This document shows positions 37,924 through 47,848 of a stretch of 64,000 nt of DNA, piece by piece. Both the position numbers and the translations under genes were made by a program. Source of the DNA: Alphaproteobacteria bacterium (GTDB lineage Bacteria > Pseudomonadota > Alphaproteobacteria > Bin95). Location of the stretch: NCBI GenBank assembly GCA_963665325.3, contig OZ224045.1, forward strand, positions 448,001-512,000. Reading direction: 5' to 3'. The stretch's first letter is position 1. The number at the start of each line of letters is the position of its first letter. Under the pieces are notes generated by a model that was not told the DNA's origin, made no database searches, and was given only the letters and a program-made list of their open reading frames with translations.

Positions 37924-38369
37924 CAGGCAATCCCCTCGAACAGCGCGCGCTCGGCGGCGCGGCGGCGGACAAGGCCCGCCAGGACCCGGCCGTTGCTGAA
38001 GCGCCAGCGCGGGAACTCGGCGGCGCCGCCGGCATAGTCGCCGCGATTGAGCCGCTGGCGGAGCGTCGAAGCGGCGAGCGCTCCGGTGCCGATGTTGAAG
38101 GTGAAGCTCGCCAGCGCCGCGCGCTGATGCTCCGCCAGCGGCACGACGATCAGGCGGCTCACCGCCCGGTCGACGTAATCGCAGTCATGGGACAGCAGTT
38201 CGCCGGCACGGTCTTCCGAGATCGGAGCGTCATCCATTGTCACCCGCGAGCCGTCCTCCCAGCGCGTCGCGCCGTAACCGATCGTCGGAACGCCCGCCGG
38301 ACAGCGGTAGGGGGCGGACCGGAATGTCTCGAACTCCACGATCAGCTCCAGCGCGGCGGCGGGGATCAT
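37923..38369 (-). CDS. Endolysin (GH24 lysozyme)
   Basis: FE.F...PY.CPAGVPTIGYG, ALASFTFNIG.G, GLVRRRAAERALF. Confidence 0.95.
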   Translation of the reverse strand: MIPAAALELIVEFETFRSAPYRCPAGVPTIGYGATRWEDGSRVTMDDAPISEDRAGELLSHDCDYVDRAVSRLIVVPLAEHQRAALASFTFNIGTGALAASTLRQRLNRGDYAGGAAEFPRWRFSNGRVLAGLVRRRAAERALFEGIA

Positions 38370-38869
38370 TTTCCGAAAGCGTGCTTGCGGGTCCGGTCGC
38401 CATACCAGTAGCTGACGATGGTCGCCAGCAACGCCGTGGTCGGCTCGTCCCAGATCTTGCCCAGCGCCTTCGACAGATGGTCCGCACCCGCCAGATAGCC
38501 CTCGACGAACCCGCCGGCCTTATCCGCGATCTCGTAGATCAGCCATGCCTCCAGCACCGCGACCGCCAGAAGCGACGCCTTGGTCGCAATGAACAGCAGC
38601 CAGAGCGAGTGACTCGACCAGGGCCGGAAGCTCGCCGAGAAGGCCGCCATGAACCAGCCGGCCTTGACCGTGATCTGCGCATCGTGCCGATAGCGCGCCT
38701 GGGTGGCGAGCGCCTCGGCCTGCACCTCGGAGATCTCGAGCCTGTTCTGGTGCGACTGCTCCAGCATCGCGAGCTCGTGCTTCTTGTCCTGCCGGTCCTG
38801 GAAGAAGTCCATGACCTTCGGCAGGAACGAAGTGCCGAAGCCCAGCAGCGAACCGAGAAGTGTCAGCAT
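38366..38869 (-). CDS. Putative holin / membrane protein
   Basis: MLTLLGSLLGF, DKKHELAML, FRP, TM segments, YWYGDR; adjacent to the endolysin. Confidence 0.65.
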   Translation of the reverse strand: MLTLLGSLLGFGTSFLPKVMDFFQDRQDKKHELAMLEQSHQNRLEISEVQAEALATQARYRHDAQITVKAGWFMAAFSASFRPWSSHSLWLLFIATKASLLAVAVLEAWLIYEIADKAGGFVEGYLAGADHLSKALGKIWDEPTTALLATIVSYWYGDRTRKHAFGK

Positions 38870-38963
38870 GTCATCGCCTCCGAATTAGCGGTTGTCCCGC
38901 CAGGGCGGCCGCTCACGTGCGCAGCGTGGCCACCCTGGCGGGACGCACCGGACGGGCGCCTTG

Positions 38964-39446
38964 TCAGCGCCCGCCCGGATCGGGCAATGCGATAATGCAG
39001 TCCTTCAGCGCCTCCGCGACGCTCTTGTAATTGGCGCCCCAGCGCTCGCCCGCCCGGACGAGCTCGATGCGCGGGCCGGCGCAGATCGCATGATCGGTGA
39101 GACGCCAGGTCTTGCCGTCGTCCTTCACGCACGGCCCGCCGCGCTCGGAGCTGTTTGCCTCGTGCCAGTGGCGCTCGCCCGCGGCCTTGTGCTTGTGGCA
39201 GTTGTCCTTCGGCGAAAGCTGGCCGGAATGGGCGAGCTGCACATAGGGCGCCTTGTCGCCATGCAGCGCGTCGGAGGCAGCGTCGGCCTCCTGGAACGCC
39301 GTGTCGAAGTCCGCCTCGAACAGGACGGCCTCCGCTTCGGGATTGCCCCAGGGAAGCGCCTGGGGCGCCGCCAGGGCCGGCGCGGCGGCGAAAGCGAGCA
39401 TCGCCGCAGCGGCTGCGGCGACAAGCGGGAAACGGGAACCGATCAT
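38964..39446 (-). CDS. Secreted His/Cys-rich protein (YHYH-like motif)
   Basis: Signal peptide ending ALA; AHSGQL..KDNCHKH...GERHWH. Confidence 0.6.
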   Translation of the reverse strand: MIGSRFPLVAAAAAAMLAFAAAPALAAPQALPWGNPEAEAVLFEADFDTAFQEADAASDALHGDKAPYVQLAHSGQLSPKDNCHKHKAAGERHWHEANSSERGGPCVKDDGKTWRLTDHAICAGPRIELVRAGERWGANYKSVAEALKDCIIALPDPGGR

Positions 39447-39493
39447 GGGGTGTCTCCGGGTGTCGGGTTTCGGGTTTCGTGAATGACCCGGAG

Positions 39494-39538
39494 AGAATGA
39501 AGCGGCGCGTGGCCGATGTTCAGGGGAACATGTTCCCC
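39494..39538 (-). promoter_or_regulatory. Late promoter with palindromic activator box (lysis operon)
   Basis: 22 bp identical to 29495-29516; TGAACA-17 bp-CATTCT. Confidence 0.75.
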
Positions 39539-39879
39539 CGAAGCCTGGCGCGATTCTGGCGAATTGCGCGGTTGGAAACGCCCAGACGCGTGGCGATCTC
39601 CTGCGTGGACAATCCCTGCCTGTCCATTTCGCACGTCAGGGCCAACCGCGCCTTCGGGAAAGTGACGCTCTCACCCTCAAAGCGGGCGGCGATGGCACCC
39701 GCGGCCTCGGCGCCGACCGCCTCCGTCAGCGGATGGTTCGAGCCGACATGCTTCGGCTTCGGAATGTGCAACGGCCGGCCGCCAAGGTTCAGCGCAATCG
39801 CCAGCGCCGCCTCGCGCCCGGCGATCTGCTCGATCTCGGCCAGGACGCCGGGAAGCGGCGGAGCGGCGGGTCTGGTCAT
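39520..39879 (-). CDS. Mor/C-family late transcription activator
   Basis: LPGVLAEI....G.EAAL.IA...GG....IP plus a C-terminal HTH; follows gemA. Confidence 0.8.
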   Translation of the reverse strand: MTRPAAPPLPGVLAEIEQIAGREAALAIALNLGGRPLHIPKPKHVGSNHPLTEAVGAEAAGAIAARFEGESVTFPKARLALTCEMDRQGLSTQEIATRLGVSNRAIRQNRARLRGNMFP

Positions 39880-40142
39880 CTCGCCAGCTCGTAGATCAGC
39901 AGGACGGCCATGAAGACCAGCGCCAGGAACACGAACCCAATAAGCGCCGCCAGGGCGCACCCGTTTTCGCTGCCCCAGAAGGCATATCTGATCTTCATCC
40001 GCTCGATTGTCGCGCCAGCCCGTTCTGCCGGGCTTTCCTGACGCGGCACGCCGAAGAAATAGTCGTACAGGACCCACAGAATCCCGAGTGACGCTACACC
40101 GACCCAGATCCAGCCGGACGAAATCGAGGTGAAGGCCTCCAT
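39876..40142 (-). CDS. Small two-TM membrane protein
   Basis: Two hydrophobic segments; ATGA overlap with the mor-like gene. Confidence 0.55.
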   Translation of the reverse strand: MEAFTSISSGWIWVGVASLGILWVLYDYFFGVPRQESPAERAGATIERMKIRYAFWGSENGCALAALIGFVFLALVFMAVLLIYELAR

Positions 40143-40213
40143 CGCTCCGCCTATTCCGATATCGATAGCGACGAACTGAATGTGACGGCGAAAGTCCATC
40201 CGCGCATCATCGC

Positions 40214-40900
40214 TCAAACCCCGCCCTGCCGCAGCCATCCCCCGAGCTCGCGGATGAGCTGGTTGAGCGTCGAGGCGTTCAGCGCCGAATAGGGCTCCTG
40301 CGCGCGCCGGAACCCGACGACCCAGCTGTGCAGCGCGCCATGGTCGGCGATCTTGACCTTGCCCACATCGGCAAGTTTGCGCCAGAGCGCCTCCAGGATG
40401 CGCGCGCCGGGGTTGGGCGCCGGGCGCTTGCCGGAGCGCGCGTAGGGGCTCCAGTCCACGCCGCCGTCCCTGGCCATCCAGTCCTTCAGCGCCTCGATGC
40501 AGGCCGAGGTCTGCGCCGGCGTCGCCCAGCGCGCGGCGTCCATGCCCGTCTGGCGGCACATCCAGGCGGCGAGCGCCGTGTCCCGGTTGTCAGTGACCAC
40601 ACCGAGCCAGTATGCCGATATCCAGAGCGCCCGCAGCTTCGAGGTGTGCGGGCCGGCGGGGAGGACCGACGGACGGGAGGCAACCTTGGCCCGCCCGCCG
40701 GCCCGAACCGGCCGCCCTGTTTGTCGGCCGGCCAGGGCGGCCAGGACCCGGCGCATTTCGGCCTCGTTCATCTCCTTCAGCGATTCCTTTCCCGTGACGC
40801 GAACCTGCACCGCATGGCGCGCGTCCTCGTCGAGGCCGCGCCGGCGGCACTCGCCGAAGATCGCCCGGCGAAGGCGAGACAGGTCGGGCGCGGCAGTCAT
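40214..40900 (-). CDS. gemA: GemA / gp16 family protein (DUF1018)
   Basis: GLDEDAR.....VTGKESL.EM, KLRALWIS...LG.V, IEALK.W..R. Confidence 0.85.
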   Translation of the reverse strand: MTAAPDLSRLRRAIFGECRRRGLDEDARHAVQVRVTGKESLKEMNEAEMRRVLAALAGRQTGRPVRAGGRAKVASRPSVLPAGPHTSKLRALWISAYWLGVVTDNRDTALAAWMCRQTGMDAARWATPAQTSACIEALKDWMARDGGVDWSPYARSGKRPAPNPGARILEALWRKLADVGKVKIADHGALHSWVVGFRRAQEPYSALNASTLNQLIRELGGWLRQGGV

Positions 40901-41931
40901 TCCGCCTCCTCCTCCTTGCCCCACAGCGCCGGATCGTTGCCCCAGACGGTCCAGCCGGGGCGGGGCTTGCGCCCGAACAGTTCCAGATAAGGGCCCGCGA
41001 CCAAGCTCTCGACGCTCTCATAGACTTCTTGCGGCTTCTCGCTGTGCTTACCGCGGGGCGCGAAGATTCTCTCATCGACGCCGGCGTCGATCCGAGACGG
41101 GCTGCCGCGCGTGCCCAGCAGACAGATTTCCACGCCCTTGCGCGTCCAGTAGCCCTTTGCCGGGGCGCCGCCCTTTATCCAGACAAGCCCCGTGGTCGAA
41201 TACTTGAACCCCCACCGCTTCAGCACGTCGAGCGCGTTCTCCAGCTGGTCGCTGGTCGTCCACATGAGCAGCACGGCGTCATCGGCGGCGCAGGCCTTGA
41301 CCTGCGGACCGAGCGCCTTGATGTCGTCGAGGGCCATCGTCGGGTAATGGTTCTCCGCCGAGCGATCCTTTCCCGCGTCGCTCCAGCTCTCGAACCGCCA
41401 GGGCGGGTCCGCCAGGATGACGGGCCACTTACCGACCGGGAACTCCCGAGTGTCGCCGCCACCGGTGTCATGCCGCCGCTCGATCAGGCGGCGCTTCACG
41501 GCGCCGCGTTTCATTTCGGGATGGATAACGCCGTGGTCGACCAGTTCGTCGAATGCCTCGGGTTCCAGGCCGGCGATCTCGTCGAGGATCAGCTGGTCGT
41601 TTGGGAGGGGGGTGTTAACGATGTTAACGCCGTCCAGATAACGACCGATGTTCGGGTCGAGGCCGATCCGCATAAGTCGTGCCGCCGTCTGCCGCGAAAT
41701 CGGCAGCGTCTGTGCGAGCCAGCCACCCCATTGGCCGTCGCCGGCCCGCTTCCGATAAGCGGCGAGCGCACGGCCGACGATGACGAATCCGACGACGCCC
41801 ATCCGCCAGCCGAGCTGCGCATGGTTCGTGCAGAGACGCTCGAAATCGGGCCAATGCAGCCTGTCATCGTCAAGCGGCGCAAGCAGTTCGCCGAGGCCCG
41901 CGCCTGCCGGCGGCAACACTTCCCCCGTCAT
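40897..41931 (-). CDS. MT-A70 family adenine methyltransferase with a DUF3102-like N-terminus
   Basis: VILADPPW, HYPTM, WGF.Y, E.CL.GTRG.P, HSEKP, YLELF.R...GW.VWGN. Confidence 0.9.
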   Translation of the reverse strand: MTGEVLPPAGAGLGELLAPLDDDRLHWPDFERLCTNHAQLGWRMGVVGFVIVGRALAAYRKRAGDGQWGGWLAQTLPISRQTAARLMRIGLDPNIGRYLDGVNIVNTPLPNDQLILDEIAGLEPEAFDELVDHGVIHPEMKRGAVKRRLIERRHDTGGGDTREFPVGKWPVILADPPWRFESWSDAGKDRSAENHYPTMALDDIKALGPQVKACAADDAVLLMWTTSDQLENALDVLKRWGFKYSTTGLVWIKGGAPAKGYWTRKGVEICLLGTRGSPSRIDAGVDERIFAPRGKHSEKPQEVYESVESLVAGPYLELFGRKPRPGWTVWGNDPALWGKEEEAE

Positions 41932-42085
41932 TCCACACATCCCTCCCGGTGATGCCGTTCGAGCGTCACCACCAGTTTCGTTCCGTCCTGCGCCTCCAGC
42001 GTCATCGCCGGCATTTCCTCGCGCCTGCGGTCGCCTTCACGGCCCTTGAGATTGTGCGCCAGCACCTCGATCAGCTCGTCGGCGC

Positions 42086-42535
42086 TCATAGCCCCAGCTC
42101 CTCAAGCTCGCGCCGCATGGCCGGCGGCATGTCGTCGGCTTCGACCGGCGCAGCGTCCGCCAGATCGGGCGGCGCGTCGGCGTCGGCGAGATAGCGCCAG
42201 CCGCGCACCATGCCGACGGCGCGCTGCTCGACCCGGATGAGCTCGGGCCGCATCAGGATCGCCCAAGCGCCGCCGTAGTCTTCGAGCCCAATGAAGGGCA
42301 TCCGGAACAGGGTATGGCGGCGCTTCGGACCGCCGACGAAGAAGACCGATCCGCCTTCGAGCTCGGCCGCCCGCGCCGGGCGCCGCATGGTAACGGTGGA
42401 GAACTCGTCGAAGCCCCGATCCGCGATGTAACGGACCCATCCCTCGGCCTCGTCTATGGTCTTGATTTGGCCGCAGCCGGGGCGGCCGTCGTTCCACTGG
42501 ACGAAGCCGCGCAGCAGGTGAAGCGGGGCAGTCAT
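42086..42535 (-). CDS. DUF1489-like protein
   Basis: P.RAAEL.GGSVF, GWRYL..ADAPPDL, MPPAMRREL.ELGL. Confidence 0.75.
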   Translation of the reverse strand: MTAPLHLLRGFVQWNDGRPGCGQIKTIDEAEGWVRYIADRGFDEFSTVTMRRPARAAELEGGSVFFVGGPKRRHTLFRMPFIGLEDYGGAWAILMRPELIRVEQRAVGMVRGWRYLADADAPPDLADAAPVEADDMPPAMRRELEELGL

Positions 42536-42747
42536 CGCGCCGCCGCCGGAATGGCGATGTGGCGCGCATCAAGGTCGCGCCCGAACAGGCCGTCGCCGGC
42601 CCATACCGCGTTCCATTCCGTCACGGTCTGCCGGGCCTCGGGCAGCGTTGCCCGGATCGAGGCGACGAATACGGTCCGCGCCCGCCGGCCCTTGAGAGGC
42701 CGCTCGCGCCGCCAGATCAGCCACATGCGCTTACCCCCCCCCACGGC

Positions 42748-43014
42748 TCATCTCAGCACCTCGTCGACCGGCTTCACGCCCTGGTATTCGTCCTCGCGCT
42801 CCCCGCCGTCGAGGCGGGATTCGACATCCTCCAGCCACTGGCGCTGGCGCGGGCTGATGAAGGTCTGCCCGCCGTAGCTGTCGAGGGCGCGATCCATGTC
42901 CATCAGGAACCGGACCTCGTTGTCGCTCGACCCGATGTCGGACTGCCAGGCCCGCGCGATCACGCCGCGCGCCCACTCGGCGTCCTCGCCGATGGCTTTG
43001 GACGCTTCCCTCAT
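42748..43014 (-). CDS. Hypothetical phage protein
   Basis: In the early operon; E..FL.DM...L..YG....ISPRQ..WL. Confidence 0.55.
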   Translation of the reverse strand: MREASKAIGEDAEWARGVIARAWQSDIGSSDNEVRFLMDMDRALDSYGGQTFISPRQRQWLEDVESRLDGGEREDEYQGVKPVDEVLR

Positions 43015-43237
43015 TCCGCTTCCCCCGCCTTGGCGGTTTCGTAGGCGTCAAGGAACTCGCTCAAGGGCACGATGGTGCCGACGGCGACGGTCCCGTCGTC
43101 GTTCTTGAACTCCATCTTCGCGAAGGCGTCATAGTCTTCCGCCTCCAGCTGCCCGAGAATCTTCTGGTATTCGGCCTCGCTGACAGTCGCGTAGATGCGC
43201 TTGTCGTCTGCGCCCACGAAGGCAGTGGCGACCATCC

Positions 43238-43759
43238 TCATTGCGCTTCCTCCGCCTCGCCGCCTTCCTCCAGGAGGGCGTCGACGAGCTTGTCGATATC
43301 GGTGGACGGCACGGTGATCGCGACCTCGTCGACCGGGTCGGCGATGAACAGGCCGATCTTCGCGAGGTCGGTCGCCGGCAGCTTGCGCAGCGCCGTCTTG
43401 TCCACCGTCGTCTTCACCCGGACGAGCGCGGCCTCGCGGGTGGGCAGCTTCTTCCGGATGAGCGCCACGACCGCGTCCTCGTCCGCGATCTCGATGCTGC
43501 CCTGCTGCTTGCGCCAGCCGAACTTGACGCCGTCCACGGTCTGGGTCCGGGGCCGGGCGAACAGCTCCGGCTCGGCCTCGACGGCGGCGCGAAGCGCATC
43601 CTTCGCGGCGGCCGTTTCGGCCACGCGGTTGCGCAGCGCGCGCAGGCGCGAGCGCACCGCCTGGCGGCGGCGCTCGCGGATATCGTCCAGGACCTCCTCC
43701 ATGGCGTCGCGCGACGCGGCATAAGCCCGGGCAAGGTCCATGATGTCGTCGATCGTCAT
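43238..43759 (-). CDS. Host-nuclease inhibitor Gam-like protein
   Basis: Coiled coil, then LF.RPRT...DGVKFGWRKQ.G; position after MuB. Confidence 0.8.
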   Translation of the reverse strand: MTIDDIMDLARAYAASRDAMEEVLDDIRERRRQAVRSRLRALRNRVAETAAAKDALRAAVEAEPELFARPRTQTVDGVKFGWRKQQGSIEIADEDAVVALIRKKLPTREAALVRVKTTVDKTALRKLPATDLAKIGLFIADPVDEVAITVPSTDIDKLVDALLEEGGEAEEAQ

Positions 43760-44061
43760 GCCGCCTGCTCCTTTCGTGCTGCGGCCAGCGCGGCCAGGCA
43801 CCGCCGCTCCAGCTCGTTGAACCGGGCAAGCTCGCCCGTGTCGTCGTCGAGCCGCCGCCGCGCCGCCTTCAGGGCGTGATGCGCGAACCACCCGCGCCCG
43901 AACTCGTGGTCTATCTGCTTCGGCACGAGGCCGAGCAGCCGCTCCATCAGCAGCGCGGCCGTGTAGCGCGCCGGCGCGGAGGCCTGGCGGCGGCTGAGCA
44001 TGTCGTTCAGCCCCAGGCCGTATTCCGCCGCGACGACGCTCATGACGATCCGGGCGCTCAT
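43756..44061 (-). CDS. DnaA C-terminal-domain-like HTH protein
   Basis: I...VA.EYGL...DMLS.R...PAR..A..L.......I...FGR. Confidence 0.6.
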   Translation of the reverse strand: MSARIVMSVVAAEYGLGLNDMLSRRQASAPARYTAALLMERLLGLVPKQIDHEFGRGWFAHHALKAARRRLDDDTGELARFNELERRCLAALAAARKEQAA

Positions 44062-44716
44062 CCCGGCCGCCTCCGGAACCGCAGGACGTTGCCCGGCGCC
44101 GCGCCGTCCGGCAGGCGCGCGAGCGGCGCGACCACCGCCGCGCCCTGCCACTCGACGGCGTCGGCTTCGAGCAGCTCCAGGCGATTGCAGACGCCTTCGG
44201 CGACCGTGCGCAGGTCGTCTGCATTTCGGCTGTCCAGCGCCACGCGCAGGCACATCCGCGCCGCCGCGATCTCGTCGCTAAGCATGTGTCCACGTCCACG
44301 CATCAAGATGGTCGACCAGGTCCGCCGCCAGCTCCTCGTCGGTCAAGGTTTCGGCGAGGACGCCCGGCAGATTGTTGAGCCAGCTGACCGCGGCAGTTAT
44401 CCGCTGCTCGGGTGGCAGGTCGACGGCGAAAGGCATGCGCGCCATCGCGCGGCCTCCTCTTGCTGTTGCGGGATTTCGGGCGGCTCCTCCATCGGCTCGA
44501 TGCGCAGCCAGACGCTGCTGTGCGCAAGGCCGGTCTCGGTGAATGGAACGGGGCGCGCCGTGCGGATGTGGAGCAGCGTCTCCAGGCCGGCGCAGGCCCG
44601 CTCGGAGACCTTCTCGATCATGGTGAGCGGGCTGCCGGTGTAGACGGACTGGCAGTGGATCGGCGAGCCGTCCGCCTCATGCATAAGGAAGGTGTGCAGG
44701 TGGCCGGGGTGGAACT

Positions 44717-45685
44717 TCATGCCGCTTCCTCTGCCGCCGCTGCCACGTCCAGGCTCGCCGCCTCGAGGTCGGCGCTGTCGATCCGCTCCCGCCCTTGCGT
44801 GCGGGCGATCATCCAGGCGCGCGCCAGCGTGCGGCGGAGCGCATGCAGGCCGCCCGGCCCGCGCGCGGCGCCCATGGCGGCCTTCATGTCGCGCTTCGTC
44901 GGCGCACGGCCCAGCACGCCGGCCAGCAGCGCCTCGACGTCGATATCGGACGGCGCGCGCCGCTCGATGCGCCCGCCGATCCGCCCGACGATCTGCGGAC
45001 AGCGCGCCAGCGTCATCCGGACCGAGCTGTCGCCGATCAGCGCCAGCCCGCAATGCGCGATGTCCCGGATGCGCCGGAGCTCGTCGAGGCACCGCGCCGA
45101 AAGGTGGTGCGCCTCGTCGACACAGAGCAGCGCGCCCCGGTCCCGGAGCGTATCGATCACCGCCGTCTCCGCGTCGAGCGCCGAGCCGTGCCGGCCTCCG
45201 GCGCCGACCGCCGCGCCGACCCTGCCGAGCAAGCCCGACAGCGTCCTGACCGCGCAGGTCATTTCCGCGTAGAACGCCGTGGAGTGCGTCCGGCAGTAAT
45301 GCTCGACCGACCAGCTCTTGCCGACGCCGGACACCCCGTGCACCAGCACGATGTCGCCGACCGCCTGGGCGTGTCCGAGCAGCGAGGAGATTTCGTCCGC
45401 CACATCGAGATTGCGGTGGATGTCGAGCCCGGCCGCCTCGAGGCTGTGGCGCCGCGTCTGGCGCTGGGTGTGCAGCCAGCGTCCGATCTTCGCTTCAACG
45501 GCGTTGTTGTCGCCCTTGTAATTGCCATTCAACCAGGCGCTTATCGCCCCTGGAGACAGTCCGGGGATCAGGCGCGAAGCCGCGTTCTGGCTTATCTTCA
45601 GCCGCGCGAGCTCGGCCAGGAACTCCTCTCTCGTCGCCAGGCCGGGAGCTTCCGCGGCCGCCAGCCGGTGGACATTCTCAGTCAT
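44717..45685 (-). CDS. MuB-like transposition ATPase
   Basis: N-terminal HTH, Walker A GVSGVGKS, Walker B LCVDEAHHL, LR.I.D....GLALIG. Confidence 0.92.
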   Translation of the reverse strand: MTENVHRLAAAEAPGLATREEFLAELARLKISQNAASRLIPGLSPGAISAWLNGNYKGDNNAVEAKIGRWLHTQRQTRRHSLEAAGLDIHRNLDVADEISSLLGHAQAVGDIVLVHGVSGVGKSWSVEHYCRTHSTAFYAEMTCAVRTLSGLLGRVGAAVGAGGRHGSALDAETAVIDTLRDRGALLCVDEAHHLSARCLDELRRIRDIAHCGLALIGDSSVRMTLARCPQIVGRIGGRIERRAPSDIDVEALLAGVLGRAPTKRDMKAAMGAARGPGGLHALRRTLARAWMIARTQGRERIDSADLEAASLDVAAAAEEAA

Positions 45686-47645
45686 CGAGTGCCTCCAGTT
45701 CTTGGAATTTCCGGAACAGCGCGCCATGGGACATGCCGACCGCCGCGCGGTCCGGCTTGTCGAGCGCGTCCAGTTTGTCGCGTTCGGCGGCGGCGGCCTC
45801 CGCCGCGATCGTGTCATCGGTGCGATGAACCTCGCCGGCCGCCGGGAACGGCACGACCCGCGCGCTGTCTTCGGCCGCATGCGCCAGAACGCGGCTCATC
45901 GCCGCCTCCGGCTCGACCACCTTCGCCAGCTCGCGCGCGTGCTTGCGCGCCGCGCGGTCCAGGCCGCGGGCAAGCGCCCTCGCCTCTCGCGCGACTTCCT
46001 TCGGATCGATGCCGGTGCGCAGCGGGTCTTCGGCGACGCATATGAACCGACCCGTGGCGTCGAACGCGAACACGCGCCCGAAATCGGCCGGGTCGAGCCG
46101 GACCTGCACCCGCTCCTTGACGTGCAGTCCGAGCCGGCCCGCGATGTAGAGGCCGCCCGCGACCGACAGGCCATCCTTCTGCACCGTCCGCCAGCCGCCA
46201 CCCTTGGCCGGCTCGGCAAGCAGGATGTCGAGCCCGCGCTCGTCGACCCGCCGGCGCTCACCGGTCCAGGACGCGGCCTTCTCGAACGGCGTCATGTCGC
46301 CGCCCAGGCCGGAATGCGTTTCGCGTCCGTAGACGTTCTCGCACCAGCCGTCGATCTGCTCCTGCAGCTGCTCGGGCGTCAGGTCGCAGGCGAAGGTGAT
46401 CGTCTTGTTCTGACCCCGGCGCCCGGCGAAGGACCAGCGGCTCCGGATCGCCTCGCGGTCGGCGACATTGTGCCCGACAAAGCCCGGCAGCATGACGAAC
46501 AGGTCGTGCCCGATCGTCCTCATGAAACGCTCGATATGCGGCTTTTGATCGGGGCTGTAAGGGGGCAGGATGTCATGGAGGACATCGAGCCGGTCGAAGA
46601 TGGCGCAGAGGTGATTCGAGACATAGTCCGCGCCCTCGTCCGTCCGGACGATCTTCGGCACCCCCCAGTCCAGCAGACAGCGGCGCAGCAGGAGCGCGAC
46701 GGAAACCGACCGCGAAGTCGGCGCGACAATCGCCTTCGCGCGGCGCGACCAGACGTCGATTCCCGCGACCAGCGTGTAGCGCCTGCCGTCCGCGCACATC
46801 ACGTCGATCTTGGTCGAGTCCAGCTCCCATAGCTGGTTCAGCTCGTCGATGTCCGCGTCGGCCTTGCCCATGGCCGGCATCCAGCCGGACTTGTGCTTGT
46901 CCGGATCGGTCACCGCCGAAAGGGACCGGCGGTTCTCGCGCCGCCAGCGGCGCACCCAATACCGGATCGCAGCGATGCTCGGCGTCGGGCGGTCCCGGAA
47001 ATCGGCCGCCAGCACACGCCGGATCTGCTTCGCGGTGATATGGGGGTCTCTCTCGAACAGGAGGGACGCGCAGACGGCGCGCATCGCGGGGTCCGCGTCG
47101 ATGATCGAGGTCCGTCCGCCGGCGCCGGGCAGCAGCGCCATGGCGCCGGAGCGCTGTTCATCCCAAATCCAGCCGCGCACGGTGCTCCAGCCGACGGACG
47201 GGATCGCGGCGCGCGTCTCGTCGGAAACGCTCGCGCCGCTCTTCTTGTATATGGCGCACCATTCCCGGAGCGCCTTGTCCCGCGCCGTCTTGCCGCTCTC
47301 CGCCCACCAGCGCCGGAACGCCGTGAGGATCTCGACCCTGGCATCAAACCTCGCCACCGGGCCATCGTCGCCGCAAGGGATGGACGGCCCCGCCAGTGCG
47401 GGAGCAGGACCGTCCGCCGGCGGGCAGGGAGTAGAACCCGCCAGCATCTCTTCGCCGCGCGCCTGGCGCAGCGCCGCCTGGGTGATCTCGGGGAGGGAGG
47501 ATTCCAACCATTCCAGGACCGTCCGCCGGCCCCATGACACCTCGCGGCATACCCAGCCGCGGGAGGCTCCGCTGGCCTGAATCGGGCGCGCGACCGCCGG
47601 CATGCCGGGCAGGCCGACAAGGTCCTTCGTGCGGTGCCAGATCAT
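45678..47645 (-). CDS. MuA-like DDE transposase
   Basis: Mu DNA-binding N-terminus (DLVGLPGMP), WELDST, IDVWSRR, RTDEGADY, KPHIERF, C-terminal DP.D.G. Confidence 0.94.
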   Translation of the reverse strand: MIWHRTKDLVGLPGMPAVARPIQASGASRGWVCREVSWGRRTVLEWLESSLPEITQAALRQARGEEMLAGSTPCPPADGPAPALAGPSIPCGDDGPVARFDARVEILTAFRRWWAESGKTARDKALREWCAIYKKSGASVSDETRAAIPSVGWSTVRGWIWDEQRSGAMALLPGAGGRTSIIDADPAMRAVCASLLFERDPHITAKQIRRVLAADFRDRPTPSIAAIRYWVRRWRRENRRSLSAVTDPDKHKSGWMPAMGKADADIDELNQLWELDSTKIDVMCADGRRYTLVAGIDVWSRRAKAIVAPTSRSVSVALLLRRCLLDWGVPKIVRTDEGADYVSNHLCAIFDRLDVLHDILPPYSPDQKPHIERFMRTIGHDLFVMLPGFVGHNVADREAIRSRWSFAGRRGQNKTITFACDLTPEQLQEQIDGWCENVYGRETHSGLGGDMTPFEKAASWTGERRRVDERGLDILLAEPAKGGGWRTVQKDGLSVAGGLYIAGRLGLHVKERVQVRLDPADFGRVFAFDATGRFICVAEDPLRTGIDPKEVAREARALARGLDRAARKHARELAKVVEPEAAMSRVLAHAAEDSARVVPFPAAGEVHRTDDTIAAEAAAAERDKLDALDKPDRAAVGMSHGALFRKFQELEALDD

Positions 47646-47848
47646 GCCACCGCCTCGCTCTCGCGGCGGTAGACGATGCTCTCCGGCAAGCGGGCAAAGG
47701 CCTCGCCGATCTCGACCTTCCAGGTCCGGCCCCGCGCCGTTCGCACGGTAACCACCGTGCCTGGCGCGAGCTCGTCCGTGCCGGCGATCTCGACGCCCCA
47801 TTCCTGGCGGCGCAGCGATATCAACCGGGGCTTCCCAATGACAGTCAT
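47642..47848 (-). CDS. Small hypothetical protein
   Basis: ATGA overlaps on both sides. Confidence 0.55.
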   Translation of the reverse strand: MTVIGKPRLISLRRQEWGVEIAGTDELAPGTVVTVRTARGRTWKVEIGEAFARLPESIVYRRESEAVA

